The position numbers and the translations under genes were made by a program. The notes beneath the pieces are model-generated. The model saw nothing but the letters and a program-made list of their open reading frames with translations. It had not been told where the DNA came from and did not search any database. This document shows positions 49,794 to 56,689 of a stretch of DNA of 64,000 nt, in pieces (position 1 is the first letter of the stretch; every line of letters starts with the position of its first letter). Origin of the DNA: a virus; IMG/VR virus record IMGVR_UViG_3300035696_000007, positions 108,010-172,009 of that record. One strand, 5' to 3'.

Positions 49794-49872
49794 TGGTGGG
49801 GGCCGAGGCAGTTGCAGCCTCACGGATGGTCCGGGTAAGGGCCGGGTGCCCGTCTACTGTGGCTTGACCCCC
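49794..49872 (-). tRNA. tRNA-Lys(CTT)
   Basis: loop CCCUUAC. Confidence 0.8.
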
Positions 49873-49879
49873 GAAAGTT

Positions 49880-50089
49880 TTCCAGCCCGAGCGTAGCCGC
49901 GATTCTGTTTTATCCGCACATCACTCTAGGCCGCTACCATGCCCTCTTGACGGGAAGCACTACCCTGGGGCCCTTTTGCGTTGCAGCTACCATGCGGTGT
50001 TGGCGGGCCCGCGCCCTCCCGATCGGCTGCTTTGCTGTCGCGAACTTCCTCCGGGGACGAGCCCCGGCGTGCAGTCCTCTTGGCTGGAA
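49880..50089 (-). ncRNA. rnpB: minimal RNase P RNA (~210 nt, S-domain largely deleted)
   Basis: P1 UUCCAGCC/GGCUGGAA, P2, P3, CR-I GAGGAAGUUCGCGA, CR-IV CUAGAGUGAUG, CR-V ACAGAAUCGCGGCUA. Confidence 0.85.
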
Positions 50090-50096
50090 TCGAAAG

Positions 50097-50171
50097 TGGC
50101 TGGGGCGGCAGGATTCGCGCCTGCGCCATCGGGGTTCAAGGCCCCGCGTGCTGCTGTTACACCACGCCCCA
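50097..50171 (-). tRNA. tRNA-Gln(TTG)
   Basis: loop CCUUGAA. Confidence 0.85.
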
Positions 50172-50191
50172 AAAAGCTGTTCTGACGAGGC

Positions 50192-50827
50192 ATGGTCGAC
50201 TACTCGACGATCCCCGCCTCCTGCCAGATCCCCGGCCTGGCGGGCATCTACCGGAAGTGGCTCGCGCCCGCGGAGACGGGCGCCTTCGTCGAGGTGGGGG
50301 CCTACAGCGGCATCGCCTACAGCAACACCTACTGCTTCTGCCTCGCGGGCTGGCGCGGGCTGCAGATCGAGCCGCACCCCGCGACCTTCGCCTCGCTGCT
50401 GGAGAACATGCGGCCCTTCCCGAACGTCGCCTGCGAGCAGGTGGCCTGCTCGGACTGCGACGGGGAGGCGAGGCTGTACGACATGGGGGAGTGCTCCACG
50501 CTCGTGCTGGACGAGAACGCGCGGGCCTGGGGCTGCCGCGAGGACCGGTTCATCGTGGTCAGGACGACCCGGCTGGACGGGCTGCTGGAGAGGCACGCCA
50601 TCCCGCCCGGCTTCGAGGTGCTGGTCGTCGACGTCGAGGGGGCGGAGCTGTCGGTGCTGGCCGGGCTCGACCTGCGGCGGTGGCGCCCGAGGATGGCGAT
50701 CGTGGAGACGCACGAGAAGCACCCGAGCATCCTACACCCCAACGCCTGGGCCATCACCAAGCACTTTGAGGACCGGGGCTACTGCAAGGTCTACGCCGAC
50801 CACATCAACAGCATCTTCGCCCGCTGA
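50192..50827 (+). CDS. FkbM-family methyltransferase
   Basis: FVEVGAYSG..SNT..GW.GLQIEP; RLDGLL; VDVEGAELSVL. Confidence 0.85.
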   Translation: MVDYSTIPASCQIPGLAGIYRKWLAPAETGAFVEVGAYSGIAYSNTYCFCLAGWRGLQIEPHPATFASLLENMRPFPNVACEQVACSDCDGEARLYDMGECSTLVLDENARAWGCREDRFIVVRTTRLDGLLERHAIPPGFEVLVVDVEGAELSVLAGLDLRRWRPRMAIVETHEKHPSILHPNAWAITKHFEDRGYCKVYADHINSIFAR

Positions 50828-50830
50828 AAC

Positions 50831-50906
50831 TGGTGGAGGTGGCGGGATTCGCACCCGCGGCCTACGCGATGCCATCGCGCCGCTCTGCTGGCTGAGCTAC
50901 ACCCCC
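50831..50906 (-). tRNA. tRNA-Ala(GGC)
   Basis: loop AUGGCAU; G3:U70. Confidence 0.9.
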
Positions 50907-50955
50907 GAAAAAGTTGATCCAAGCAGCCGCGCTTAGAGTTCTTGTTTACATTCCC

Positions 50956-51351
50956 ATGAACACGAAACAGACGCTGCAGACACTGTTGAGCTACTACACG
51001 GCGACCCGCAAGATCGGCCACACCCGCGCGATGCTTGCCGGGGCGCAGAATACAGATGGTTGTCTTATTCTCACCGGCGTGGATGACATCGCCCTGACTC
51101 CCCCCAAAGGCGCCTCGTGCGTCAACGTCGTCTATGACGACAATCTGGTCCAACACTTCGTGGGTGTGCGCAAGCCCATGCTAGTGGACAACTCCGCCAT
51201 CGAGCACATCCTGCGCACGTCGCTGGCCGAGATCACCCGGCTGGAGACCCACGTCAAGCGGCTGAAGACCGAGAAGGCGCACCTGGCGCAGGGCAGACCC
51301 GGCCAGATCCCGGCCGAGGCCCCGGCGGCCCCCGGCGAGCTGCCGGCCTGA
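50956..51351 (+). CDS. hypothetical protein
   Basis: ORF, RKIGHT. Confidence 0.6.
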   Translation: MNTKQTLQTLLSYYTATRKIGHTRAMLAGAQNTDGCLILTGVDDIALTPPKGASCVNVVYDDNLVQHFVGVRKPMLVDNSAIEHILRTSLAEITRLETHVKRLKTEKAHLAQGRPGQIPAEAPAAPGELPA

Positions 51352-51354
51352 AAG

Positions 51355-51429
51355 TGGCTGCGGCGACTGGCTACGCTCCAGTGACTTCGGTTTCAGAGAC
51401 CGACGTGTTACTAGCTACACCACACCGCA
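51355..51429 (-). tRNA. tRNA-Gln(CTG)
   Basis: loop CUCUGAA. Confidence 0.85.
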
Positions 51430-51471
51430 AAGGAGTCTTCTTCACCGTCCGAGAACAGACCGTGCGTAGAT

Positions 51472-51548
51472 TGGTCGGCCCGGTGGGATTCGCACCCACG
51501 GTCTCTTGCTCCCGAAGCAAGCGCGATACTAGGCTACGCCACGGGCCG
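51472..51548 (-). tRNA. tRNA-Pro(CGG)
   Basis: loop UUCGGGA. Confidence 0.9.
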
Positions 51549-51556
51549 AACGGAAA

Positions 51557-51632
51557 TGGTGGTCGGCGGGGGACTCGCACCCCCGGTCCCCTGCATGTCG
51601 CGCAGGTGCCTTGGCTGCTGGGCTAGCCGACC
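51557..51632 (-). tRNA. tRNA-Val(GAC)
   Basis: loop GCGACAU. Confidence 0.85.
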
Positions 51633-51639
51633 GGAAAGC

Positions 51640-51716
51640 TGGTCGGGCCGGCGGGATTCGCACCCGCGGTCTCCTGCACCCCATGCAGGCGCGATGCTAG
51701 GCTACGCTACGGCCCG
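51640..51716 (-). tRNA. tRNA-Pro(GGG)
   Basis: loop AUGGGGU. Confidence 0.9.
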
Positions 51717-51721
51717 GAAGA

Positions 51722-51796
51722 TGGCTGCTCGGGCAGGACTCGCACCTGCAACCCTGGTGTTAACAGCACCCCGCTCTACTTTGGAGCTACCGAGCA
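51722..51796 (-). tRNA. tRNA-Asn(GTT)
   Basis: loop CUGUUAA. Confidence 0.85.
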
Positions 51797-51804
51797 ATGG
51801 AAAG

Positions 51805-51933
51805 TGGTGCCGGCGCTTGGAGTCGAACCAAGTCTAGTCTATTAGCAGTAGAAGTAACCCTCGTCATCACTGCGCCTTGCGACGAGAATAGGAGACCCGG
51901 GTGTTTTCTGTGCTACCGTTACACTACACCGGC
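51805..51933 (-). ncRNA. tRNA/Y-RNA chimera 1 (CCA end, GCU loop)
   Basis: GCCGGUG/CGCCGGC-ACCA, D arm, inserted UAUUCUCG-GCAA-GCAGUGA..GGUUACUUC stem, UUCGACU T-loop. Confidence 0.75.
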
Positions 51934-51941
51934 AGAAGCCT

Positions 51942-52071
51942 CCCGGGAGGAAGTCGAGTAGGGGTTTGGCCGGGTTTGCGGCCCGGTGCCTGACCATTTG
52001 GCGTACTGTCCCCTTTCGGGGGCGGTATCGGAATCGAACCGATGAAGTAACCCTAGCCCTCACTGCCCGGA
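51942..52071 (-). ncRNA. YrlA-like Y RNA with circularly permuted tRNA domain
   Basis: GCAGUGA..GGUUACUUC, T arm, GAAA-capped acceptor stem, D arm, CCGCAAA anticodon arm, ACUUCCUC. Confidence 0.75.
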
Positions 52072-52074
52072 AGA

Positions 52075-52151
52075 TGGTGCTCCGCGAGGGACTCGCACCC
52101 CCGTTTTTCCTCTGTGTGGAAGAGGTACCATAGCTGCTAGGAGAGCGGAGC
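52075..52151 (-). tRNA. tRNA-Val(CAC)
   Basis: loop UCCACAC. Confidence 0.8.
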
Positions 52152-52169
52152 GAAAGTGGTAGTTAGCGC

Positions 52170-52466
52170 ATGAGCGAGACCATCAGGCGCCTGGTCGAGT
52201 ACGAGGAGGACTGCCTCTACAACAACCCCATCGAGCCCGACCTCAAGAAGGAGGGCTGGGAGCTGATCGGCACGGGCGGCGGCTGCACGGCGGCCATCAA
52301 GCGCGTCGGCAGGGCGAGCCTGCTGCTCACCGACCAGGCGGAGGCCCCGCTCAGCCTCGACCAGGAGTGCACGCTCGGCGTCTACGACGAGGACGAGAAG
52401 GTCGTGATGACGTTCACCGTCACGGCGCGGCAGGCCCTGGAGCTGGGCCGCACGGCCAGCTGGTAA
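52170..52466 (+). CDS. hypothetical protein (MSETIRRLVE)
   Basis: TAGTTA-N4-ATG; TGGGCTA motif. Confidence 0.7.
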   Translation: MSETIRRLVEYEEDCLYNNPIEPDLKKEGWELIGTGGGCTAAIKRVGRASLLLTDQAEAPLSLDQECTLGVYDEDEKVVMTFTVTARQALELGRTASW

Positions 52467-52468
52467 GA

Positions 52469-52510
52469 TGGCGGGCAGCGTCCTGGTGCGTTTGAACGAA
52501 ATCTCCGCCC
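52469..52510 (-). ncRNA. mini tRNA-like hairpin with GCCA end
   Basis: GGGCGG/CUGCCC-GCCA. Confidence 0.35.
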
Positions 52511-52515
52511 TAAAG

Positions 52516-52592
52516 TGGCGGCGCCAAGGAGTGCTGCCCTCCCCTCTCAACCGTGACAGGGTTGCGCTTTCGGCTAGGTAAGCTATGGCACC
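52516..52592 (-). tRNA. tRNA-Asp(GTC)
   Basis: loop CUGUCAC. Confidence 0.85.
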
Positions 52593-52599
52593 AAGAAAA

Positions 52600-52676
52600 T
52601 GGTCAGCGTGGTGGGATGCGCGCCCACGACCGCCGGTCCCCAAAGCCGGAGCTCTGCTAGGCTGAGCTACACGCTG
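52600..52676 (-). tRNA. tRNA-Pro(TGG)
   Basis: loop UUUGGGG. Confidence 0.85.
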
Positions 52677-53038
52677 AAATTGTTCCGATGAGTCAGTTTC
52701 CTCTCACGGTAGGTTTTTCTCCGGTGGCAGTTGGCGCACCGGACATCACATTTAGCCACTTCCGCGATCACTGACTGTAATGAAAAACTTCGACGTCGGG
52801 CATCCCCAAGGTCGAACAATTTCTTAACTCCTGGTCGATGGTCGAACTCCAGCACGATAGGATCAGTCTCCCCACAATCGACACAAGGATGGGTAAAAAG
52901 GTACCCCGTCAAGTACACAGCTGTTTGCGCACGTACCTTAGCGTTATGTGCCATCGCTCTAGCAACATAAGCACCTTTATTTCTTCGATAATGCGCACGA
53001 GAAGATCGTCTTCGATCCTCTATCCGTTTATAGGGCAT
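52667..53038 (-). mobile_element. HNH homing endonuclease inserted in the tRNA array
   Basis: CVDCGETDPIVLEFDH..EVAKCDVRCANCHRRKT; low GC; stop lies inside tRNA-Pro 5' end. Confidence 0.85.
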
Positions 53039-53055
53039 AATCTTTAGAACAAAAT

Positions 53056-53133
53056 TGGGAGCAGGGGTGGCGCTCGAATCCACGTTATTGGGCTTATGAG
53101 ACCCAGCTGGGACCATCTCCAGTCGACCCTGCT
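53056..53133 (-). tRNA. tRNA-fMet-like (CAT)
   Basis: UGGGU-CUCAUAA-GCCCA, GGG/CCC stem. Confidence 0.75.
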
Positions 53134-53152
53134 ACGATAGGTACTATGAAAG

Positions 53153-53229
53153 TGGTGGGAACGGCTGGCGTTGCACCGGCGACCTCCGCTTTTTCAGAGC
53201 GGCGCTCTACCTGGCTGAGCTACGTCCCC
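53153..53229 (-). tRNA. tRNA-Phe(GAA)
   Basis: loop CUGAAAA. Confidence 0.9.
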
Positions 53230-53355
53230 TGGAGGCATCTGCCGCTGTTTGGGCGGCATACGCGGGCGGTTTCAAGGCCCGGGTGAAGTAACCCTGACGC
53301 TCACTGCGCCTTGCGGCGAGGATCAGGCTTCAAGGTACCTGTATTCACAGATGCC
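53230..53355 (-). ncRNA. tRNA/Y-RNA chimera 2
   Basis: GGCAUCU/AGAUGCC-UCCA enclosing GAUCCUCGCC-GCAA-GGCGCAGUGA..GGUUACUUC. Confidence 0.7.
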
Positions 53356-53359
53356 AAAG

Positions 53360-53493
53360 TGGTGGCGCTGTCAGGATTCGAACCTGAATAGGTCAACTTT
53401 TTGGGTTGATGTGTTTTCCGAAGTAACCCGCCCTATCACTGCGCCTCGCGGCGAGAATAGCCGGGTGGGTGTTGTAGTTTTCACCACAGCGCC
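53360..53493 (-). ncRNA. tRNA/Y-RNA chimera 3
   Basis: GGCGCUG/CAGCGCC-ACCA, UAUUCUCGCC-GCGA-GGCGCAGUGA..GGUUACUUC, UUCGAAU T-loop. Confidence 0.75.
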
Positions 53494-53499
53494 GAAAAT

Positions 53500-53555
53500 T
53501 GGTGGACCGCCCCGGTGATCAGCCAGGCTAGTGCGAGGTTTCCACGCAGCGGTCC
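53500..53555 (-). ncRNA. 56-nt mini tRNA-like RNA
   Basis: GGACCGC/GCGGUCC-ACCA + 5-bp T arm + one hairpin. Confidence 0.55.
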
Positions 53556-53560
53556 GAGAG

Positions 53561-53634
53561 TGGCACGCCCCCAGGGAGTCGCACCCTGCCGCCAGGTTTT
53601 GGAGACCCGGCCCTCGCTCCGAGCTGTGGGACGT
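53561..53634 (-). tRNA. tRNA-Trp(CCA)
   Basis: loop CUCCAAA. Confidence 0.8.
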
Positions 53635-53635
53635 A

Positions 53636-53710
53636 TGGTAGCCGCGTAGGGTGTCGCGCCCTCGTCTCCCGCTTATCGAGCGGGTGCTCTGCTGGTTGAG
53701 CTACACGGCC
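53636..53710 (-). tRNA. tRNA-Ile(GAT)
   Basis: loop UCGAUAA. Confidence 0.85.
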
Positions 53711-53717
53711 AAAGGCA

Positions 53718-53834
53718 TGGGGACGAGCGGGGTTTCACCGCCTTCTAGCTTGCGAGGCCAGTTTTGCCGGCCAGCGAAGGGAACGGGATTCGCGGTCCCT
53801 ATTGTTACCTTTTGCCAGCGTTCTGTTCGCCCCC
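53718..53834 (-). ncRNA. expanded tRNA-like RNA
   Basis: GGGGGCG/CGUCCCC-A acceptor, GGCGG-UGAAACC-CCGCU T arm, extra internal hairpins. Confidence 0.45.
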
Positions 53835-53845
53835 GAAAGGGAAAG

Positions 53846-53932
53846 TGGTCCCGGCGGGAGGACTCGCACCTCCGCAGCCCCGAAGGGCGACTGGGTTACG
53901 GCCAGTTGCAGTTGCTACTGTGCCACACCGGG
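53846..53932 (-). tRNA. tRNA-Tyr(GTA)
   Basis: loop CCGUAAC; variable arm. Confidence 0.85.
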
Positions 53933-53990
53933 AAAAGAGTGCCCGTGATTACGGCTCACGGGCAAAGCCAAATGTTCCGCGTGGAACATG

Positions 53991-55445
53991 CTAAAGCTCG
54001 ACCGCCTCGATGCGGTGGACGAGCGCGGCGCGGTCCTGCTCAAGGATCTTGAACAGGTCGAACACCTTGTCGGACCAGCCGGCGATGCAGTAGACCTTGT
54101 CCTCAGGGAACTGGATGGAACCCTGATGGTTGAGGTCCCAGCTGTAGACCGCCGGACGGACGCCCGCCTTGCGGACGTAGGCCTCGAACGACTGCATGCC
54201 CGTCCGCCCGCTGACCCAGTTCTGCTGGTCAGAGAGGATGACGATACGGGAGTACTTGCGGCCATCCGCCGTCCCGGCGATGAGCCGGAGCGCGCAGTCG
54301 AGGTCGGTGCCACCCCCGGTGAAGGGGATGTGCTTGGCGACCGTGAAGACCGAGTCGGTCAGGTTCAGGTTCACGTACTGGGCGTGGGTGTCAAAGACCA
54401 CCACGTCAGCGTTCCAAGCCTTCGCGAGGATCGCGGTGAACAGACCACCGATTTGCGCCGGGGAACCCTGCATGGAACCGGAAACGTCGAGGATGACACA
54501 CGAGCTGCCCTCGAACACGGGCACGTTCGCGACAGACAGGTCGATCACCTTGGCCAGGGCCGAGGAGATCTGCCGGAACTGCGCGGACGGCAGGCCCGCC
54601 GACTCGACCGCCGCCAGAGCGTTCTGCACCTGGAACGGGAAGATCAGAGCCTTGCGGACGGCCGCCGGGTCGCCGAGCTGGGCGAGGGCCTCCGGGAGGA
54701 CCTCGGGGGCCTGCTGGGCGAGGTTGCGCAGGTTGCGCAGGAGGGCCAGGTACTTGAGCTTGCGCTCGCGCACCAGGGACACCCACGCGTCCTTCTTGGC
54801 CTCGACCACGGACTCCTCGTCCTCGGCCTGGCCCGCCTTGGTGAGCTTGGCCTCCCAAGTCTCGGCGGGGGCGAGGGTGCCCTTCATGAGCTGGCTGAGG
54901 GCCGGGGTGGCCTTCGGGCGGACGAGGTTGACCACGTCCACCAGGTTGAAGGCCGCGCCCTCCTTGCGGTACTTCGCGAGGGCGTAGGCGTCCTGACGGG
55001 ACAGCGCCGCGCCGAGGCCCTTCTTCAGGGAGTTCGGGATCGGCTTGCCGTACTTGGTCAGGTAGTAGGCCAGGATCTCGACGGCGTCATCGGCCCGGTA
55101 GACCACGCGGTCGAAGAACCGCTTGGTCCACGGCTGGCCCTTCACGGCCTTGGCGATCTCGGCCGCCACGGCGTGGGTGATGGAGCGCATGCCGAACTCC
55201 CGGCGGGCGTACAGCGCGGCCTTGGCCGCGAAGGCCGGGTCGACCTGGCCCACGAGCTCGGTGACGCGCAGGAGCACGTCGCTGGAGCTGCGGTAGAACT
55301 GGTCCTGGACGAAGCTGGTCAGCATGGTGCTGACGAGCTCCAAAGCGGCGGTCGGCTTGAAGGCCGGGCCCCCCGCGAGGTTGACGGTGTTGCCCGCAGA
55401 AACAGACTTGCGGGCCACCTTCGGGTTGGTGGCGAAACGGGACAT
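53991..55445 (-). CDS. rsr: Ro60/TROVE-domain RNA-binding protein with vWA domain
   Basis: NLAGGPAF, QDQFY, YARREFGMRS, YALAKY, TWEAKL, ALLRNLRN, FPFQ, DVSGSM, GGTD, ILSDQQ, GWSD; AGGAGG RBS. Confidence 0.92.
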   Translation of the reverse strand: MSRFATNPKVARKSVSAGNTVNLAGGPAFKPTAALELVSTMLTSFVQDQFYRSSSDVLLRVTELVGQVDPAFAAKAALYARREFGMRSITHAVAAEIAKAVKGQPWTKRFFDRVVYRADDAVEILAYYLTKYGKPIPNSLKKGLGAALSRQDAYALAKYRKEGAAFNLVDVVNLVRPKATPALSQLMKGTLAPAETWEAKLTKAGQAEDEESVVEAKKDAWVSLVRERKLKYLALLRNLRNLAQQAPEVLPEALAQLGDPAAVRKALIFPFQVQNALAAVESAGLPSAQFRQISSALAKVIDLSVANVPVFEGSSCVILDVSGSMQGSPAQIGGLFTAILAKAWNADVVVFDTHAQYVNLNLTDSVFTVAKHIPFTGGGTDLDCALRLIAGTADGRKYSRIVILSDQQNWVSGRTGMQSFEAYVRKAGVRPAVYSWDLNHQGSIQFPEDKVYCIAGWSDKVFDLFKILEQDRAALVHRIEAVEL

Positions 55446-55510
55446 GGCGTCCTCCTAGTTTTGGGTTTTAGACTGCCCGATCCGGCGTCGTGCCGGGCCG
55501 GGAGGAGAGA

Positions 55511-55580
55511 TGGGGAGGAAATCGGCCACGGGTTTGTTTTCCTATAACCAGGGAGAAGTAGCCGCGACCTCACTGCCCCA
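55511..55580 (-). ncRNA. minimal Y-RNA-like element
   Basis: GGGGCAGUGA..GGCUACUUC..AAACCCG..GAUUUCCUCCCC. Confidence 0.7.
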
Positions 55581-55597
55581 AGATGTTCGAAAGTGAT

Positions 55598-55697
55598 GCG
55601 CCGGGAGGAAATCGCAGGCGGTGTTTTCTGGTGGGCCTTTCGGCCCGTCCATTTTGTGGTTGGAGTAGAAGTAACCGCATTGCTCACTGCCCAGCAC
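55598..55697 (-). ncRNA. Y-RNA-like element
   Basis: GGGCAGUGA..GGUUACUUC..AACACCG..GAUUUCCUCCC. Confidence 0.7.
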
Positions 55698-55710
55698 ACG
55701 AAGGTGGCCA

Positions 55711-55778
55711 CAGCAGGAGAAAACCGCCGACGGGTTTGTTCATGATGTTAGAAGTAACCGTAAGCTCACTGCCTGCTG
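55711..55778 (-). ncRNA. minimal Y-RNA-like element
   Basis: CAGCAGGCAGUGA..GGUUACUUC..AAACCCG..GGUUUUCUCCUGCUG. Confidence 0.7.
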
Positions 55779-55787
55779 CGATGAAAG

Positions 55788-55864
55788 TGGTACCCCGTGA
55801 GGGACGTGCGCCCTCCCTGCCTGGTTGGAAGCCAGGAGTGCTCGGCTGTTGACACCAACGGGGC
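55788..55864 (-). tRNA. tRNA-Gly(TCC)
   Basis: loop CUUCCAA. Confidence 0.85.
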
Positions 55865-56046
55865 GAGAAAGTTTTGGAAGATGGCTGCCGTGCCCGTGAG
55901 CACTCCCCATGGCGGTAACGTACCCGGGTGTCCCCGCCAAGCGTGCCACCGTTCGGGCCGGCGCAAGTCTCGATCAGCGGCGCGCGGGGGCTGTAGACCC
56001 CCGCAGACCTCGGTGAGGCGCGCCGTCACGCCGGCCTTATCCAAAT

Positions 56047-56122
56047 TGGTGGACCGGATGGGGATCGCACCCACCGCACGCTCCTTGCGAAAGAGCATCG
56101 CCTCTGAGGTACATGCCGGCCC
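56047..56122 (-). tRNA. tRNA-Ala(CGC)
   Basis: loop UUCGCAA; G3:U70. Confidence 0.85.
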
Positions 56123-56240
56123 GGAAGATAGTTTTGGGGCTTTTACCCCTTCCCGTCGAACTCTCGGGTGCCACTGGGGCCCCGTGGAGGGAAGCGGCCA
56201 GCGCGACGACGCCGCTATTGGGTCCCGTCGCTGGCTAAAG

Positions 56241-56315
56241 TGGAGAGGCGTGCTGGAGTCGCACCAGCGCATAGGAGTTTTGCGGACTCCGGCCTTGCTG
56301 CTTGGCTAACGCCTC
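56241..56315 (-). tRNA. tRNA-Cys(GCA)
   Basis: loop CCGCAAA; U73. Confidence 0.85.
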
Positions 56316-56592
56316 AACGGAAGAGCTGCCTGAGGGCCTGGGCGGCGAGGCGGGCCCGGGTGGGCTCGTCGATGTCGCCGGTGACCACGTCGCCGCCGTC
56401 GGTCGTGACCGCGTCGATGTCGGCGTACCAGCCGGGCTCGTTGCCGAGCGAGCCGGGCGCGCCCTCGTTGTAGGCGCACGTGGCGTCCACGACGACGGGC
56501 ACGTCGTCCTCGCCCCGCAGCGTCACGAAGGCGTCGAACCGGACGGTCTTGGATTCGCCTAGGAGCTGCTCAAGGACGGCGCGGGCTTTCAC
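56314..56592 (-). CDS. hypothetical protein (ARAVLEQLLGE)
   Basis: TAGTTA-N4-GTG. Confidence 0.65.
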   Translation of the reverse strand: MKARAVLEQLLGESKTVRFDAFVTLRGEDDVPVVVDATCAYNEGAPGSLGNEPGWYADIDAVTTDGGDVVTGDIDEPTRARLAAQALRQLFR

Positions 56593-56607
56593 GGCCTAAC
56601 TACAGGT

Positions 56608-56683
56608 TGGTGGCTCCCGCGGGATTTCCGCCCGCAACCTACCGCTTAAAAGGCGGCAGCTCTTGATGTTGAGCTAGGGAGCC
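56608..56683 (-). tRNA. tRNA-Lys(TTT)
   Basis: loop CUUUUAA. Confidence 0.9.
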
Positions 56684-56689
56684 GAAAAG

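Noticed and set aside
51805-53493. tRNA insertions as group I or BHB introns
   Set aside because: Too short for group I, no bulge-helix-bulge, and the same stem occurs free-standing next to rsr.
51840-55780. GAAGTAACC...CACTGC repeats as a CRISPR array
   Set aside because: Dispersed and degenerate, with covarying helices and no regular spacers or cas genes; better explained as Y-RNA-like modules.
56135-56235. HDV-like (theta) ribozyme call
   Set aside because: P1/P3/P1.1 could not be paired cleanly by eye; kept only as an unclassified structure.
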